Positions 1-12,664 of a stretch of 64,000 nt of DNA are shown here, one piece after another. Position numbers and translations under genes: made by a program. Under the pieces are notes generated by a model, which saw only the letters and a list, made by a program, of their open reading frames with translations, was not told the DNA's origin and did not search any database. Source of the stretch: Chiloscyllium plagiosum (taxonomy: Eukaryota). Numbering within the stretch: the first letter of the stretch is position 1; each line of letters begins with the position of its first letter. The stretch is taken from assembly GCF_004010195.1 (NCBI RefSeq), contig NC_057718.1:88206876-88270875 (forward strand), given 5' to 3'.

Positions 1-840
1 GGTATGTAGAGATGAGTTCAGTGGGGCAGGAGCATGCTGAGACCATGGTTCGGCCAGGGTGGTCAGGTTTGTGGATCTTGGGAAGGAGGTAGAACCGGGC
101 ATTGCGGGGTTCCCGGACTATGAGGTTGGAGGCTGTGGTTGGGAGATCTCCTGAGGTGATGAGGTTCTGTATGGTCTGGGAGATGATGGTTTGGTGATGG
201 GGGGTGGGGTCATGGTCAAGGGGGCAGTAGGAAGAGGTGTCCTCGAGTTGGCGTTTGGCTTCAGCGGTGTAGAGGTCAGTGCGCCAGACTACCACTGCGC
301 CCCCTTTATCCGCTGGCTTAATGGTGAGGTTGAGCTTAGAGCAGAGGGATTGGATGGCTGCACGTTGTGAGGGTGAGAGGTTGGAGTGGGGGAGGGGGGT
401 CGACAGATTGAGGCGGTTAATGTCCAAGTGGCAGTTGGAAATGAAGAGGTCGAGGGCAGGTAATAGGCCAGCGCGGGGTGTCCAGGTGGATGCAGTGTGT
501 TGGAGGTGGGCGAAGGGGTCCTCTGAAGGTGGGCGGGAGTCCTGATTGTGAAAGTAAGCTCGGAGTCTGAGGCGACGGAAGAAGTGTTCGATGTCACGGC
601 GTGTACTAAATTCATTATGTGGACGGAGGGGGATGAAGGTGAGACCTTTGCTGAGGACTGATCGTTCGTCCTCAGTGAGTGGGAGGTCTGGAGGGATGGT
701 GAAAACTCGGCAGGGCTGGGAGCTGGGATCTGGTGTGGGTGTGGAGCTGGGAGTGGGGTCGGAGCCAGTACCTAGAGTGGGAGTGATGGTGGGGAGAATC
801 GGGGTGGAGGCATGAGCAGGGGTAGTGTTCCCCTCGTTGT
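1..840 (-). mobile_element. Penelope-like element fragment (N-terminal part of RT), running off the window start
   Basis: Minus-strand reading gives LTIKPADKGGAVVVW and RFYLLPKIHKPDHPGR, typical PLE RT motifs; related to the element at 59509-60640. Confidence 0.8.
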
Positions 841-1952
841 ACCTCGTCGAGGTAGTGTTTTACCTCGTTGATTTTACTGTTCCCACTTGATAGCCTCTAA
901 ATAAGAAATCAGAGGGGGTCTGTGGGGGACACCAGAGGTAATGGCACTGGAATAGGAAAGGAAATCATCTCAGCTGATACTTTCGTTAAAATTAGATGGC
1001 TAAAAATGGATTAAGATAAGATTGGCCAATGGCTAGAGACTGAGGACATTGCATATATATTCTGGAATTTAGAAGAATGAAATACTATCTCATTATAACA
1101 TAAAAATTCTAAAGAACTTAACAGAGAAACACCGATTCCTTCCCCTGACTGGAAATCTAGGAGGCATAACCTCAGTAATGAGGTGATCATTTAACACGAA
1201 AATGAGAAGAGAGAGCGTGATTATTAATCTTTGAAATTCTCTGCTCTATCATTGATTATATTTATGTTGAGAGAGGCAGGTTTTTGATCTCAGGGAATCA
1301 AGGATATAAGGAACTGGAGAAGGAAAGTGAAGTTGTATTGAGGATCTGCCATAATTGTATTGAAAGTGGATCGCGATTGAAGTTTGTGTTGTCTATTTCT
1401 GTTCCTGTTTCTCTTCATTTTTAACCAGATGGAAAAGGATGATGTAGTCAACCATATCTAAAGCTGTGAAGTTGAATGATATGCTCAAGTCCATGTCGAG
1501 TGGGACTTTCCAGTCCATTTATTGTAGATTTAAGGCCTGACAAATGTAAAACTACCCATTTTTCTGATGAATTTATTTGATGTAGAATTGAAAATATGTG
1601 GCATTAATTTGCAATTGAGGACATCGTTGAACACTTTGAATTTGAATTTGAAAAATTCAACTTGCATGTAATGCTGCTTTGCGCTTGAGACCGGCTGATG
1701 AATCCCAGGACACGAGATCATTTTGTTTAAATTCTGAATTCTTGCATTATTTGTGGAGTTCAGTAATTTGAAAGGAATGCTGACAATTCATAGCGTTCTG
1801 TTGGGCAAGTAATTAAAAATTAACAAACTTTAAGTTTAGATTTTAGCAAACCTGTTTCAATTGACTTTGAGTGAAACAATACGGTTTCTAAGTAAGCGTT
1901 ATTACAAAACTTGAAAGCTAGGCAATGCTAACCCTAAAGCTTCAAAAGGGGG

Positions 1953-2112
1953 TTAGATTAGATAGATAGATTAGATAACATACAGTGTGGAAACAGGCCC
2001 TTCGGCCCAACAAGTCCATACCCACCCGCCGAAGCGCAACCCACCCATTCCCCTACATTTACCCCTTTACCTAACACTACGGGCAATTTAGCATGGCCAA
2101 TTCACCTGACCC
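1953..2112 (-). mobile_element. 5'-truncated SINE with a V-domain-like core and CR1-type tail (shark HE1-like)
   Basis: Minus strand ggtgaattggccatgctaaattgcccgtagtg core, gggccgaagggcctgtttccacactgt tail and a (tcta)n-like end. Family name is from recall. Confidence 0.6.
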
Positions 2113-3526
2113 AGCCCCTTTCCATAAAAAAAATTGATGATAGTATTCTGCCTACCGTGAGCTGATTCAAAAATCTGCTGTTCCTCTCTTGCACCTCGTC
2201 ACCTCTTATTAATGTATCACCCTTGAGCTCATTGCATTGGTTTCTGGTCTGACAATGCCTCAAATGATTTCATTGTTCATATCATTGCAAGGAATGGCCT
2301 GTTCTATCCTGTAGCCTTTTCCATGAGGCTACCATGAGAGAATTCTTATCACTTCATCTTCATTTTTAACCTGTCATGTATAACTCACCTTTTTTGTCCT
2401 ACAATTGTTGGTTCTGCTTTCACCTGTGTGCACTCTAATCTCTGGAATATCCTCCACCCATAACCTGAATGCTACTTAAAATTCACCTCCTCCCGACCTT
2501 TTTGGATAATTTGTTCTAAGTCTGACTGTGCTGCTTAGGTGTTTAGGTTGTTTTGCTATGCTTAAGGCACAAATGCAAACTCTTTGAAAGCAAGTTTTTG
2601 AACTGAAATTTTAGTAGGATTGCTTGCATTATGTATATGAAAATCTGAAAGAGTGTACAAGTTTTATTTTCTAGTACAGACGTTAGTTCTCACTTTAGAC
2701 AGTTTGGTGTATTTCCCTCTCAACAGATAGTTAGAATTTTTTTTAACGGTTGGGATTTTTCCTCAATTTCATTGAAAAACTATTTGCAAATTATGAATTA
2801 TTCATTTTTTTAAAATCTGTGGAAATGAAATGACAAAACAAGGATTTCAGAAATGTCTCCAGTGTTACAAACAGTAAATTTGGAAATTGAAGTTGTCCCA
2901 GATGCGTATTCTTTAAAGCACCAGACTTAGTACCTCCTCCAAAGCTTTTCTTTCCACTCCCATCTTCAACTTTTTTTCTCCACCCTGCAACCTGATAGTC
3001 CCTTTCCTTGCCATTGGATAATTGGCAAGTATACCATGGAGAGAACCTTCAGGCCAAGAGGAAGGAGTGAGTGTACTGGCAAAACAAGCTAGGATTTCAC
3101 AGAAGTACTACACCATTGGTTAGTCATCACTTGAAATAGTTGAAGTGTATGAAATTGTTTGATTTCTATAGTATGGTCTTCTGAAGTGACATTTTATGAC
3201 ATTGTGATGGCGGGGAGGCTTTAGCAGCTGAAAATTGTAGGATTAACAGCATTTTAACCACAAGCAGCAGTAATTCCAAGAAATTCAAAAACTACCACAC
3301 AAGGGGTAGTAAGAATGGGAAATATAAACTCTGCTTTCCAGCCAAGCCCATATCCTGTGAATTAAAAGTAGTGTTTGCATTAGCTGTGAATGATTCAAGA
3401 GAGGGAAAAAAAATTCTGAAGCTTGTTATCCTCCCCTTTCTTCTCTTTCATACACTTCCAGTCTATCATCACATTGTAATTTTTCAGTCTGGCGGTTATA
3501 GTAACAAGATTTACTTCTGCTTGTAA

Positions 3527-4107
3527 TTTGTCCCGGAGATCGTACCTTTGGTAGTCTGGAATAAAAAAAAAACTCTTACAGACAGCTTAGTTTAACTTTA
3601 ATCATCCCCTTCATTTACTAATAGCATCACTGTTACAACATAACACTGGTACCTATAAGCTAAACTAACTGGGTTCTAATAACCCAGGAGATTAGAACAT
3701 CAGCTGTTGAAGAGCCCTGGCAGGCTACTCTGTACTATCATAAACAAACTGTCTTTATACACAAGTTTACAAATGCTTTATTGCCACAAACACACAAAGT
3801 TAACAAAAGCACTGCATGTTCTGAACTAGTGTTAATACTGAAGGACAATAATTTGGGACAGAAGTTAATTGATAGTTTCGTTTCGAGTTCAGAATCAAAC
3901 ATTGCTATTAATTTCACAAAGGAACAATTGTGAATGTTATCACTCGTCCTGTTTATGCCGATTCACTGATGTTAAGGCAAATGTTCTTAATTGATTTACC
4001 CTCCCTGCCTGTCAATTTTCTAGTGTGCAGCAAATGTGTTCTATAATTCAAAATTGCATTTTAGTCTAAATGTTTAAGGACAAGTTTTAAGACTACAAAC
4101 TTTTTCA
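3527..4107 (-). repeat. ERV 3' LTR (U5 end missing)
   Basis: Direct repeat of about 10812-11383. On the minus strand it starts TGAAAAAG right after the polypurine tract AAGGGGGGGG (4108-4117). Confidence 0.9.
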
Positions 4108-4335
4108 CCCCCCCCTTGTCATTTCATGACAACTACATAGCTTATATAAGTATAATTAGTCTATTTAGTCGATTTGAATACTTAATAAGTCAAGTGCCTC
4201 CTCTGGCGAGTCATTATCCGGAAGAGCAGAATCTGGAAGATACTGAATTTCAGCATGGAAGTTCGGGCATGGAGCTACAGGGGTAGACAAGGGTCAATTA
4301 ACCAGGTTCCTCTTTGGCTTAGGCGAAAAGCAACG

Positions 4336-5030
4336 TCATAGAGATGTACAGCATGGAAACAGACCCTTCGGTCCAACCCATCCATGCCGACCAGATACCA
4401 ACCCATCCATGCCGACCAGATATCCCAACCCAATCTAGTCCTACCTGCCAGCACCCGGCCCAAATCCCTCCAAACCTTTTCTATTCATATACCCATCCAA
4501 ATGCCTCTTAAATGTTGCAATTGTACCAGCCTCCACCACTTCCTTTGGCAGCTCATTCCATACACATACTACCCTCTGTGTGAAAAAGTTGCCCCTTAGG
4601 TCTCTTTTATATCTTTCCCCTCACCCTAAACCTATGCCCTCAATTTCTGGACTCTCCCACCCCAAGGAAAAGACTTTGCCTATTTTCCCTATCCATGTCC
4701 CTCATAATTTTGTAAACCTCAAAGGTCACCCCTCAGCCTCCGACGCTCCAGGGAAAACAGCCCCAGCCTTTTCAACCTCTCCCTATAGCTTAAATCCTCC
4801 AACCCTGACAACATCCTTGTTAATCTTTTCTGAACCCTTTCAAGTTTCACAACATCTTTCCAATAGGAAGACCATAATTGCACGCAATATTCCAACAGTG
4901 GCCTAACCAATGTCCTGCAGAGCTGCAACATTACCTCCCAACTCCTGTACTCAATACTCTGTCCAATAAAGGAAAGCATACCAAGCGCCGCCTTCACTAG
5001 CCTATTTACCTGCGACTCCACTTTCAAGGA
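4336..5030 (-). mobile_element. CR1-type LINE 3' fragment inserted into the ERV
   Basis: LVRPLLEYCVQLW...LERVQKRLTRM...LGLFSLERRRLRGDL plus the CR1 3' UTR; 25-bp tandem duplication at about 4373-4422. Confidence 0.9.
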
Positions 5031-6205
5031 GCAAACGTACGGTCCATTTCATGCATAAGCCGATGACAATGTATATTCCTAGGGTGAGACCAAGGACTAT
5101 CGGTACGTCCCACCCGATCAATCTGCACAGCGACCATAGCCAGCAAGTAACACTCCATCCACGTGAATGTGATGACAGTGGGGCAGGTATCTTCCCTGCG
5201 TCTTGACCCGTTTTGTTGATAATCTGTCATCCAAAATGTCCTTTGAGAAATCATCGATGTAGGTGCAACATTACGGGCCAGTGACAGAACAAGCCCCTCA
5301 TTCTTTAGCAAGCAGGAAATCTAGCTCTAGCCGATTCTGAAGCGTCATCATTCGAGTCTCCTGTAACTTTGTTCACCAGCTTTAAAGCGTGGGCAGTTGA
5401 GTTGGCAAGTTTTTCGATATCATACGCAAAGTCAGGTATCTGACCGAGGGCCATCTCAACACCCCAGCCAAGAATAAGATCTCCTCCCAGCAACCTGGAC
5501 CACCAGGTTTGTTGATGGAAGATGTTGTGTAAGTCCCATTTTGTTTTTCCTCTACTTTTTGTTACGTACTGATTCACATGTTGGTGGGCGTTCCATTCAT
5601 CATCTATTTTAGGTAGTTCATGGTGGAGGGTAAAAAGTGGTAAGATGTGTACTAGGGTACAACATCAGCACCAGTCATTGGGTAAATATGGGTAGGCTTT
5701 GTTTTTGCATAGCCAATGAAGGCTAAAAGGTGTTCCAAGGGTGCACATCTGTGAGTGAATGATGAATCCACTCAGAGCGAGAGCTGAATCTTGTAAACAG
5801 TGGGTGCTATCAAACGTTCTGTTGTCAAGGTGTATTAATGGATAGAGAGTAGGAGTATGACCAGTGTCTTTGATAATATTTTTACATAGTTTTTGTTTCA
5901 CTTGCCCCATGTCGTGGGTACCAGAAAGTCTTTCAACTCACCATTCTAACAGTGGAACAGTGCTAACGTTTATTCCTTTGTTTGTTAGTGCACTTCACAC
6001 AGTGACACGCTTCTTGTACCGAAGGGGTTTTTCCATTACAAATGAGAGATTTGCATAAATCGATGAGTCCTATTCATACATTGTACATCAGAATGATGGA
6101 AGAGTGAGTAAATAACACATGTATCAGGAGGTTTAGCTTGAATAAAGAAACCACTAGTAACAGGAGTAGGATTGGGAGTGTATAATATTTTTGGTCTTTC
6201 TTCAT
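5031..6205 (-). pseudogene. env: ERV env remnant (gamma-type TM)
   Basis: Hydrophobic leader MKKDQKYYTLPILLLLLVV; AYPYLPNDWC; LQNRLELDFLLAKE*GACSVTGP*CCTYIDD; hydrophobic GIYIVIGLCMKW segment near 5050-5085. Confidence 0.85.
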
Positions 6206-6689
6206 TTTTCCAGCTTGTCTTGTTAATTACAGTAGCTACTGAATATAGGAAACATGTAAAGGTATTTCTGTCAGTGGCGGTAGGTCAGATAGGTGAGGAT
6301 TCCTTCGAGAAAGCATAGGTGATCAGTCTCATGGCAATAAGTGCCTTAGGGTTTGATGATTTCGGCATTGTGTGTTTAATACTGCAATCTATACTGTTCA
6401 TTTTGAGAGGGGAACAGACAAGCATTTCAAAGTAATAGTTTTCAGTTGACGGAGCGGATGAGGTTATGGAATTGTGCCATCTCATGATGACTGGCATAGA
6501 GTGTTGCAAGGATGACAATAAGGTCGATAGTGATGTTTGGATACACAGTGTGAGTAGTTTAAATGAGTTTTAGCTGAGTAGCTGCATTCCTGACTTCCAA
6601 TGGTATTAGTACGGGTTTCATTTATGCAGTCATATTGGAGTTTTAGCTGGTCTTATTTGGACGCATGTACTTGGGTTGAGTTTTCATCA

Positions 6690-8240
6690 GTATTAAAACT
6701 AGGACTGTGAGGGGGATACAAGAATGTCCTTCTACCTTTACTGCAGTTTCAGTTGTCAAAAGAACTTGATAAGGGCCTTTCCAACAGGGCCCCAAGTTTT
6801 CACGATTAAAGTCTTTAAGTAGTATGTAATCACCAGGGTTAATATCTTTAAACGTTGGAGCTCTCTCTTCTTCCTTCCCAGGTACTCGACAGGCTTCTTT
6901 GACCTGTTGATGATAAGATTGTAATGCTTTGGTTAGCTTAATCAGGTATCTGTGCATCTCTTCTGCCATGACATGCACATTAACAGTGTGTTGGGCAGTT
7001 AATGATGCAGATTAGGGAGTCCTCAGGGCTTTCCATATTATCAGTTCAGCAGCTGAGAATCCCGTTTTTTTTCTGTGTCATGGTTCTCATATTAACAAGG
7101 GCAATTGGGAGTACTTGCAGTCAACTAAGGCCTGTATCTTCTACCAACTTGCTTAGCTGACCTTTTTAAGGTAGCATTGGCTCTTTCTACAATAACTTCT
7201 GCTCGGAGATGGTTGGCACAATGGAATTTTTGATTCCTATTCAAGCTCCTACATAGTGTCTTCTTTAGTTCTGCACAGAAGTGGGGGCCATTATCGGAAG
7301 AGATCGTAACTGGTATTCCAAATCTGGGTATGATTTCCCTTAGTAGAATTTTACAAATAGTTGTTGCTGTGCAGTCAGTACAGGGATAAGCTTCAATCCA
7401 TTTACTAAATGCATTGATCGTCAGCCAGCAATGCTTAAAACAATGACATCTAGGTAATTCTATAAAATCTAACTGGATAATATCAAAAGGTGCACGTGGT
7501 AAGGGAGTTTCACCTGGTGGACACTTTACTCCTTTCCTGGGATTATGCTTTTGACCAATTTGTCAATTTGCAGCTGTTTGTCTTGTTTTTTCTTGCAGGT
7601 GGGGATTCCACCAAGTTTGGAGAATTCTGTCCACCATTCCCTCCTTACCTACATGTGTATGAACATAATCAACTGAAATAGGCAAAAGAGAGTCAGGCAA
7701 ACATGTCTGTCCTACCAGCATAACCCAAAGCTTATTGTAACTATTTGCATAACAACCATGGTTCATCCATTTTTGTTTTTCCTGATCAGGGTCGTCCCCC
7801 TGATGGGTCTGTATTTGCTCTAAGTCAGGCATGGTCAGGTGTCCGAAGAGGAAATAGGAGAGTTTCCCTTTGGTTTCCTATTCATCATTTGAGTAACCGT
7901 GTCTTTTTGCTCAAAAGTTGCTTTCTTAGCATCTGCATCAGCGGCATTGTTGCCTTTAGTGACATTGGAAGCATCAGAGAAGAGAGCAGAACATTAGGTA
8001 ATTGCCAATTGAGAGGGAAATTGAATAGCACTGAGGAGATTAGCAACATAGGTAGCATTGAGAATGCTGTTTCCTGATGAGGCAAGGAAGCCAGAGTTGA
8101 TCAAAATCTGGATGCAGGAAGGCATACCCTGAGCAACAGAGTCAAGCTTAGTAGAATAAAATGCAACAGGGTGCCAAGAGGACCCATGTTGCAGGGCGAA
8201 AACAGCTGTAGCACAAATGTCAAGGATGGGAAAAGGTTTT
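6690..8240 (-). pseudogene. pol: ERV pol remnant: RT connection fragment, C-terminal RNase H, integrase
   Basis: HPVAFYSTKLDSVAQGMPSC; GNNAADADAK; QLDFIELP...FSKWIEAYP...RFGIPVTISSDNGPHF...VERAN; WKGPYQVLLTTETAVKVEG. Confidence 0.9.
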
Positions 8241-8249
8241 GTGTGGTAA

Positions 8250-10240
8250 GGTGGGGAGGGTGACCAAGAGGTTGCCAGCTGCTTCCACTTTGGTGATTAA
8301 CTGGGGGCTGCTTTGGGAAAGGGCAGTTCTTGGACCAATGTCCTGGTTGATTACAGTTGAAACAAACGTGTGATTGTTGGGGGATTCTAGTGGGTGGGGG
8401 GAGGTGCTGAAAAGTCGTGAGAGGATGTGTAGGGAGTAAGGGGCATCATGGTTTGTTGGGGAGGATATATAGGAGGACTCCAAGATCCATTGGGATGTTG
8501 TGAATACACGGTACCAGTCCTACTGTCCTCCCATACTGGATGATGGTATGAGGGTTCCATTTGATAGCCTGACTGACCGCACAGACGCAAAGGTCTATTT
8601 TGAATCCTAAGTTTAGGTTTAGCCCCTGTAGTTTGGGCAAGTTCGTTTTTGACCTTGCTGATGGTAGCCTTACTGTTGGGATCCTTTAGTTCCCAGAAGT
8701 AACAGACCTCTCGGCTGAATTGTGCAACCGCAGTATCTTGCTAGTGAACGTTGTGGTTTTTAATAGCTTTCTGTACTGATCAGGTAAGACAGTCATACAC
8801 AGGACATTAAATTGGAGTGATCACCTTTGTGGTTTGTTAGCGTCACCAGAGTAAGTGCCATAGCATTCCTTAAAACAGGTAAGGAACTCCTTAGCCCCTT
8901 TGCCCGAGCTGGGTTTACATGTTAAGACTTTACCCACATCAACTGCGTGACACACTGCTTGTTGGAGACAGGTGGTAATCCAATCTGATTTGTTAGGTGC
9001 TGGATTACAAGCTATGTATGATTATTACACTAAAATTTCTAAGAACTCAGCCCATTTATCAGGGGAAAGGGGAAGTAGGTCTTGGGAGGCAGTATTATAA
9101 ATGGTCCTAATCCTCTTAATGTAATTAACAAATCCCTCCGGATTCTTTCCATAATCTGGAGCCTTATTGATAATTCTTGAGAGTTCATGAGGTTTCCATG
9201 GTTGATAAAGATCCACAAATTGGGCTTGTCCTGGGTTCAAGGCCAATGGGTTAGGAACTCTTCTATTTGGGAAATGTCTCTTTGGCCCTCCCCATCAGGG
9301 TGAGTGCAAGGACTGATATTAAGGTCCTGAAACCTTGATTGCAATTTATCAATATCTTTGGGATTTATTAGTATTGGGAGAGTGAAAATCAAAGGAGTCT
9401 CTTCTGTGTTCCCTCCACGTTTTAATTCACTCCCAGTGTGGTGGCCAACGGGTTCATGGTAAGCTGAATCTTTATTCAGCTGAACAGTTCGGGGAAGGGC
9501 ATGGGTCTTGGCATGTTCGTCCTCAGAGTAGGGAGGGGAGTTCAGGCAACTTCTTGTTTTATGAATCGTGTTTGCCTTGGCCATACTGTGGATGAGTTTT
9601 GAAGAGGGAACCGGAGGAGGTCAGCTCACAGGACGAGAGGCGTAAAATATTTCCTCCAAATCAGTGCCCATTTCTCATCCGCAGGTGGATCAGAGTTCTT
9701 TAGTAATGGGTTTTGGGAGAGGGTCGGGTCGGTGTAAGGGACAATCTTTGTTGTCAGTCTCATCCTGCATGGCTGCAGTCTGTTGTTTATTCACCAGTTT
9801 TCCTTTGATGTTTCAGCATAGGTTCTGAATCTTTGCTTTCCATTTTATTTTCTCTCTAGCCAATTCCAATTTTGTTTCTAAGTCATGTGCTTCACATTTG
9901 CTTTTAGTTCTGTCCAATTTAGTTCAGTTCCATCCTCAGTTAATGGACTAATTCCACTTTTAATACAGTTTGTCTCCATGATGATTGCATGGATTTTTTC
10001 CATTTTTCCCTAGCTACCTTTTTCCACACTGATATGCCTTCTCTCTGCTTACTTTTCTTTCTTTTTTCCCAAATCCCTTGTTCAATTTTAATGAGTAGAG
10101 TCAAATCATGTGTGCCTCCTAGAGGCCAATCCTTATACTGTTGAGCGGCTGCAGCTGATATTCTCCTTAATTAGGGTACAGACTTATTATTTCTTTTAGG
10201 GGACATCTGTCTTCCATCTTAGCTAGGGTCACACCCAAAT
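8250..10240 (-). pseudogene. gag: ERV gag remnant (MA, CA, NC)
   Basis: WPLGGTHDL (MA-like), YQPWKPHELSRIINKAPDYGKNPEGF (CA-like), MHR-like segment near 8850-8940, and CFNCNQPGHWSKNC zinc knuckle near 8324-8365. Confidence 0.85.
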
Positions 10241-10723
10241 GTATCCTACCTCGTTTTAATCTTCACAAAACTACTGATCTACACGGGCTCCAACCCACAA
10301 AACACAAACATTCACTCACCAAGCAAATGTGCATCCAAACCGAATCTCAAAGGGTTAAACTTTCTGCAAGCTGCAGGGAATCAACGTTGAGTGTGTCTGT
10401 CTGTCTATCTCACTCACTCTCTCTCTCACATTTTAGAAGATAATCTCGACCTGAACCTTTCACTAATCAACAACCTGACAATGAACAGCAAGGGTAGTGA
10501 TTTCTGCAAAACGTTCTCAACATTCTAAACCCTGACAGTTTAAATAGGTATTAAAAACAGAAACTATCTCATTTAGCGTTCCATCAGGATACCTTGAGAA
10601 TGAAATGGAGGAAGCAGCGCACAAAGAGCGATTGAGGTATAATCTTATCATGTGAACTCATTGGTCTCGAGTCCGAACCTTAGGTGGAGCTTCTTTTTTC
10701 CAGTTTTATTCAAACTTGTTGGA

Positions 10724-10741
10724 ACCCTGTTCGCAGTGCCA
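10724..10741 (-). promoter_or_regulatory. Primer-binding site, tRNA-Ser-like (TGGCACTGCGAACAGGGT)
   Basis: Begins TGG 3 nt from the LTR end. The plus strand gaaccctgttcgcagtgcca resembles a tRNA-Ser 3' end; a tRNA-Lys3 match would need a gap. Confidence 0.65.
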
Positions 10742-10744
10742 AAT

Positions 10745-11383
10745 TGATAAAGTACAGATTTAAGACGGTCCAGGGAATTCCTTATGAACCCAACCTGTAA
10801 GCCTCTCTTAGTTCGTCCTGGCGATTGTACCTTTGGTAGTCTGGAATAAAACAAGCTTAACAGTTTAGTTTAATTTTAATCTTCCTTTACTAATAGCATC
10901 ACTGTTACAACATAACACTGGTACCTATAAGCTAAACTAACTGGGTTCTAATAACCCAGGAGATTAGAACATCAGCTCTTCAAGAGCCCTAGCAGGCTTC
11001 TCCGTTGTACTATCATAAACAAACTATTTTTGTACACAGCTTACAAAGGCTGTACTGTTACAAACACAAAAAGTTAACGAAAGCACTGCATGTTCTGAAC
11101 TAGACAGATAATAGTGAAGGACAATAATTTGGGACAGAAGTTAATTGATACAGAGTTTCATTTCGAGTTCAGAATCAAACATTGTTATTAATTTCACAAA
11201 AGAACAACTGTGAATGTTATCACTCGTCCTGTTTATACAGATTCACTGATATGTGAATGTTCTTAATTGTTTTACCCTCCCTGCCTGTCCGTTTTCTAGT
11301 GTGCAGCAAATGTGTTCTATAATTCAAAGTTACATTTTAGTCTAAATGTTTAAGGCCAAGTTTTAAGGCTCTAAACTTTCTCA
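10745..11383 (-). repeat. ERV 5' LTR (639 bp)
   Basis: TG...CA ends with imperfect terminal inverted repeats (tgataaag / ctttctca); PBS lies 3 nt away. Confidence 0.88.
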
Positions 11384-12664
11384 AAATGATAGCCTAATAT
11401 TTTAATATTTTTTATGGAGTTGAGGTTGAAAGATTGTGGTCAGTGGAGAGTGTGGTTTAAAGACTGACAACGCAGCCCCCAACTCTCAACAGTGGCACGA
11501 CTTAGGCTTCAACAGAATAACATCTGGAAAAAGAAATTTAAGCATGCTATTATTTTGCATGCCATGTCAGCTTAGAATGGATGTTGCAACATTGATTGTG
11601 CCTCTTGAGCCTTGTTAGTTTCCTTATTAGAGAGATACAACACAGAAACGGAAATATGATTTGAGTCTCGTGTTCCTGTTCTGGAGAAAGAAACCCTGCA
11701 TCTATGTTGCTCCTGTCCATGCACCTTTCCAAATGCATTGTAAACAGAGCATGGTGGTTGTTATATGCACAAGGTTTTTATGTTTGTTATGAATTGTCAT
11801 CTTTAATTCTAGGTAAACTAGTGTAAGAAGAGTCTTGTAAGCTTTGAACTCTGCCTGACAACAAGCCTGGTTGTCTTGGTTCATTTAAGGACAGTGAACT
11901 CCACTTAATTTATAGGTTTGAAGGTGCAAGTTGTTCACATCTCTAGACAATGTAGTTGTGCTATCTGTGGGTGGACCTAATTAGTCTTCTAGTTTCACAG
12001 GGAGAGGTGTTATGACTGTCAGGTTTTATAAACCATTACAATTTAAGCAGTCCATTTAATTATGAGATAGAGTGGAATTTTGGGTTCAGAAGATAAATAC
12101 TTTGCATTTCTACCTGGATGCAAGGCTTACATAATTCCCAATGCCATTAGAACAATCAATTGAAGACACTGTGATGTAGGATTGCAGGTTTCCTAAGATA
12201 TCACTGAATCTCTGAGAAAATACTGATATTACTGGTCACAGTGACAAACACTGGTGGGAGCTTATGCTCAGATTGAAGTGACAGTTCATGAAGATTTAAA
12301 GGAAGCTTCAGTATAACTCTCAGTAAATAATCAGTTTTGGGATTAGAAGTTACCAGGTTCAGAATGGAACAATGATGTAAGTCTTGGGATGCTGGGAGTA
12401 CACTGACTATTTCCTTGAGAATAAAGCATACTTAAGAGCTGGTGTAAGATATAATTGTAGTCAGAAACTTTTGTTCATATTCAAAGCTAAGTGGGGAATT
12501 TCCTGACTGTAGTTTAGAGTATGTCACCAATTGAATAGTCTATAATTTTGGTTGCATTGCTACCGAGACCAACATTTATTGTCCATCCCTAATTGTCCAG
12601 AGGCAACTCCTTCTGTGAAGCAGGTTACTTTTTACAATAAATCAACAATGGTTACATGGGTGCT

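Larger units (their letters stand above)
3527..11383 (-). mobile_element. Defective endogenous retrovirus (class I, gamma/epsilon-like): LTR-gag-(deleted pol)-env-LTR
   Basis: Two ~0.6-kb direct repeats, PBS, PPT, Gag CCHC knuckle, DDE integrase with GPY motif, env ISD and CX6CC; many stops and frameshifts. Confidence 0.93.

Noticed and set aside
1420..1510. Possible upstream MTHFD1L exon after the acceptor-like ttttaaccag
   Set aside because: All three frames reach stops quickly, and there is no similarity to the expected peptide.
5031..6205. Domesticated syncytin-like env
   Set aside because: There are in-frame stops within the ISD/CX6CC region and frameshifts, so no intact ORF exists.
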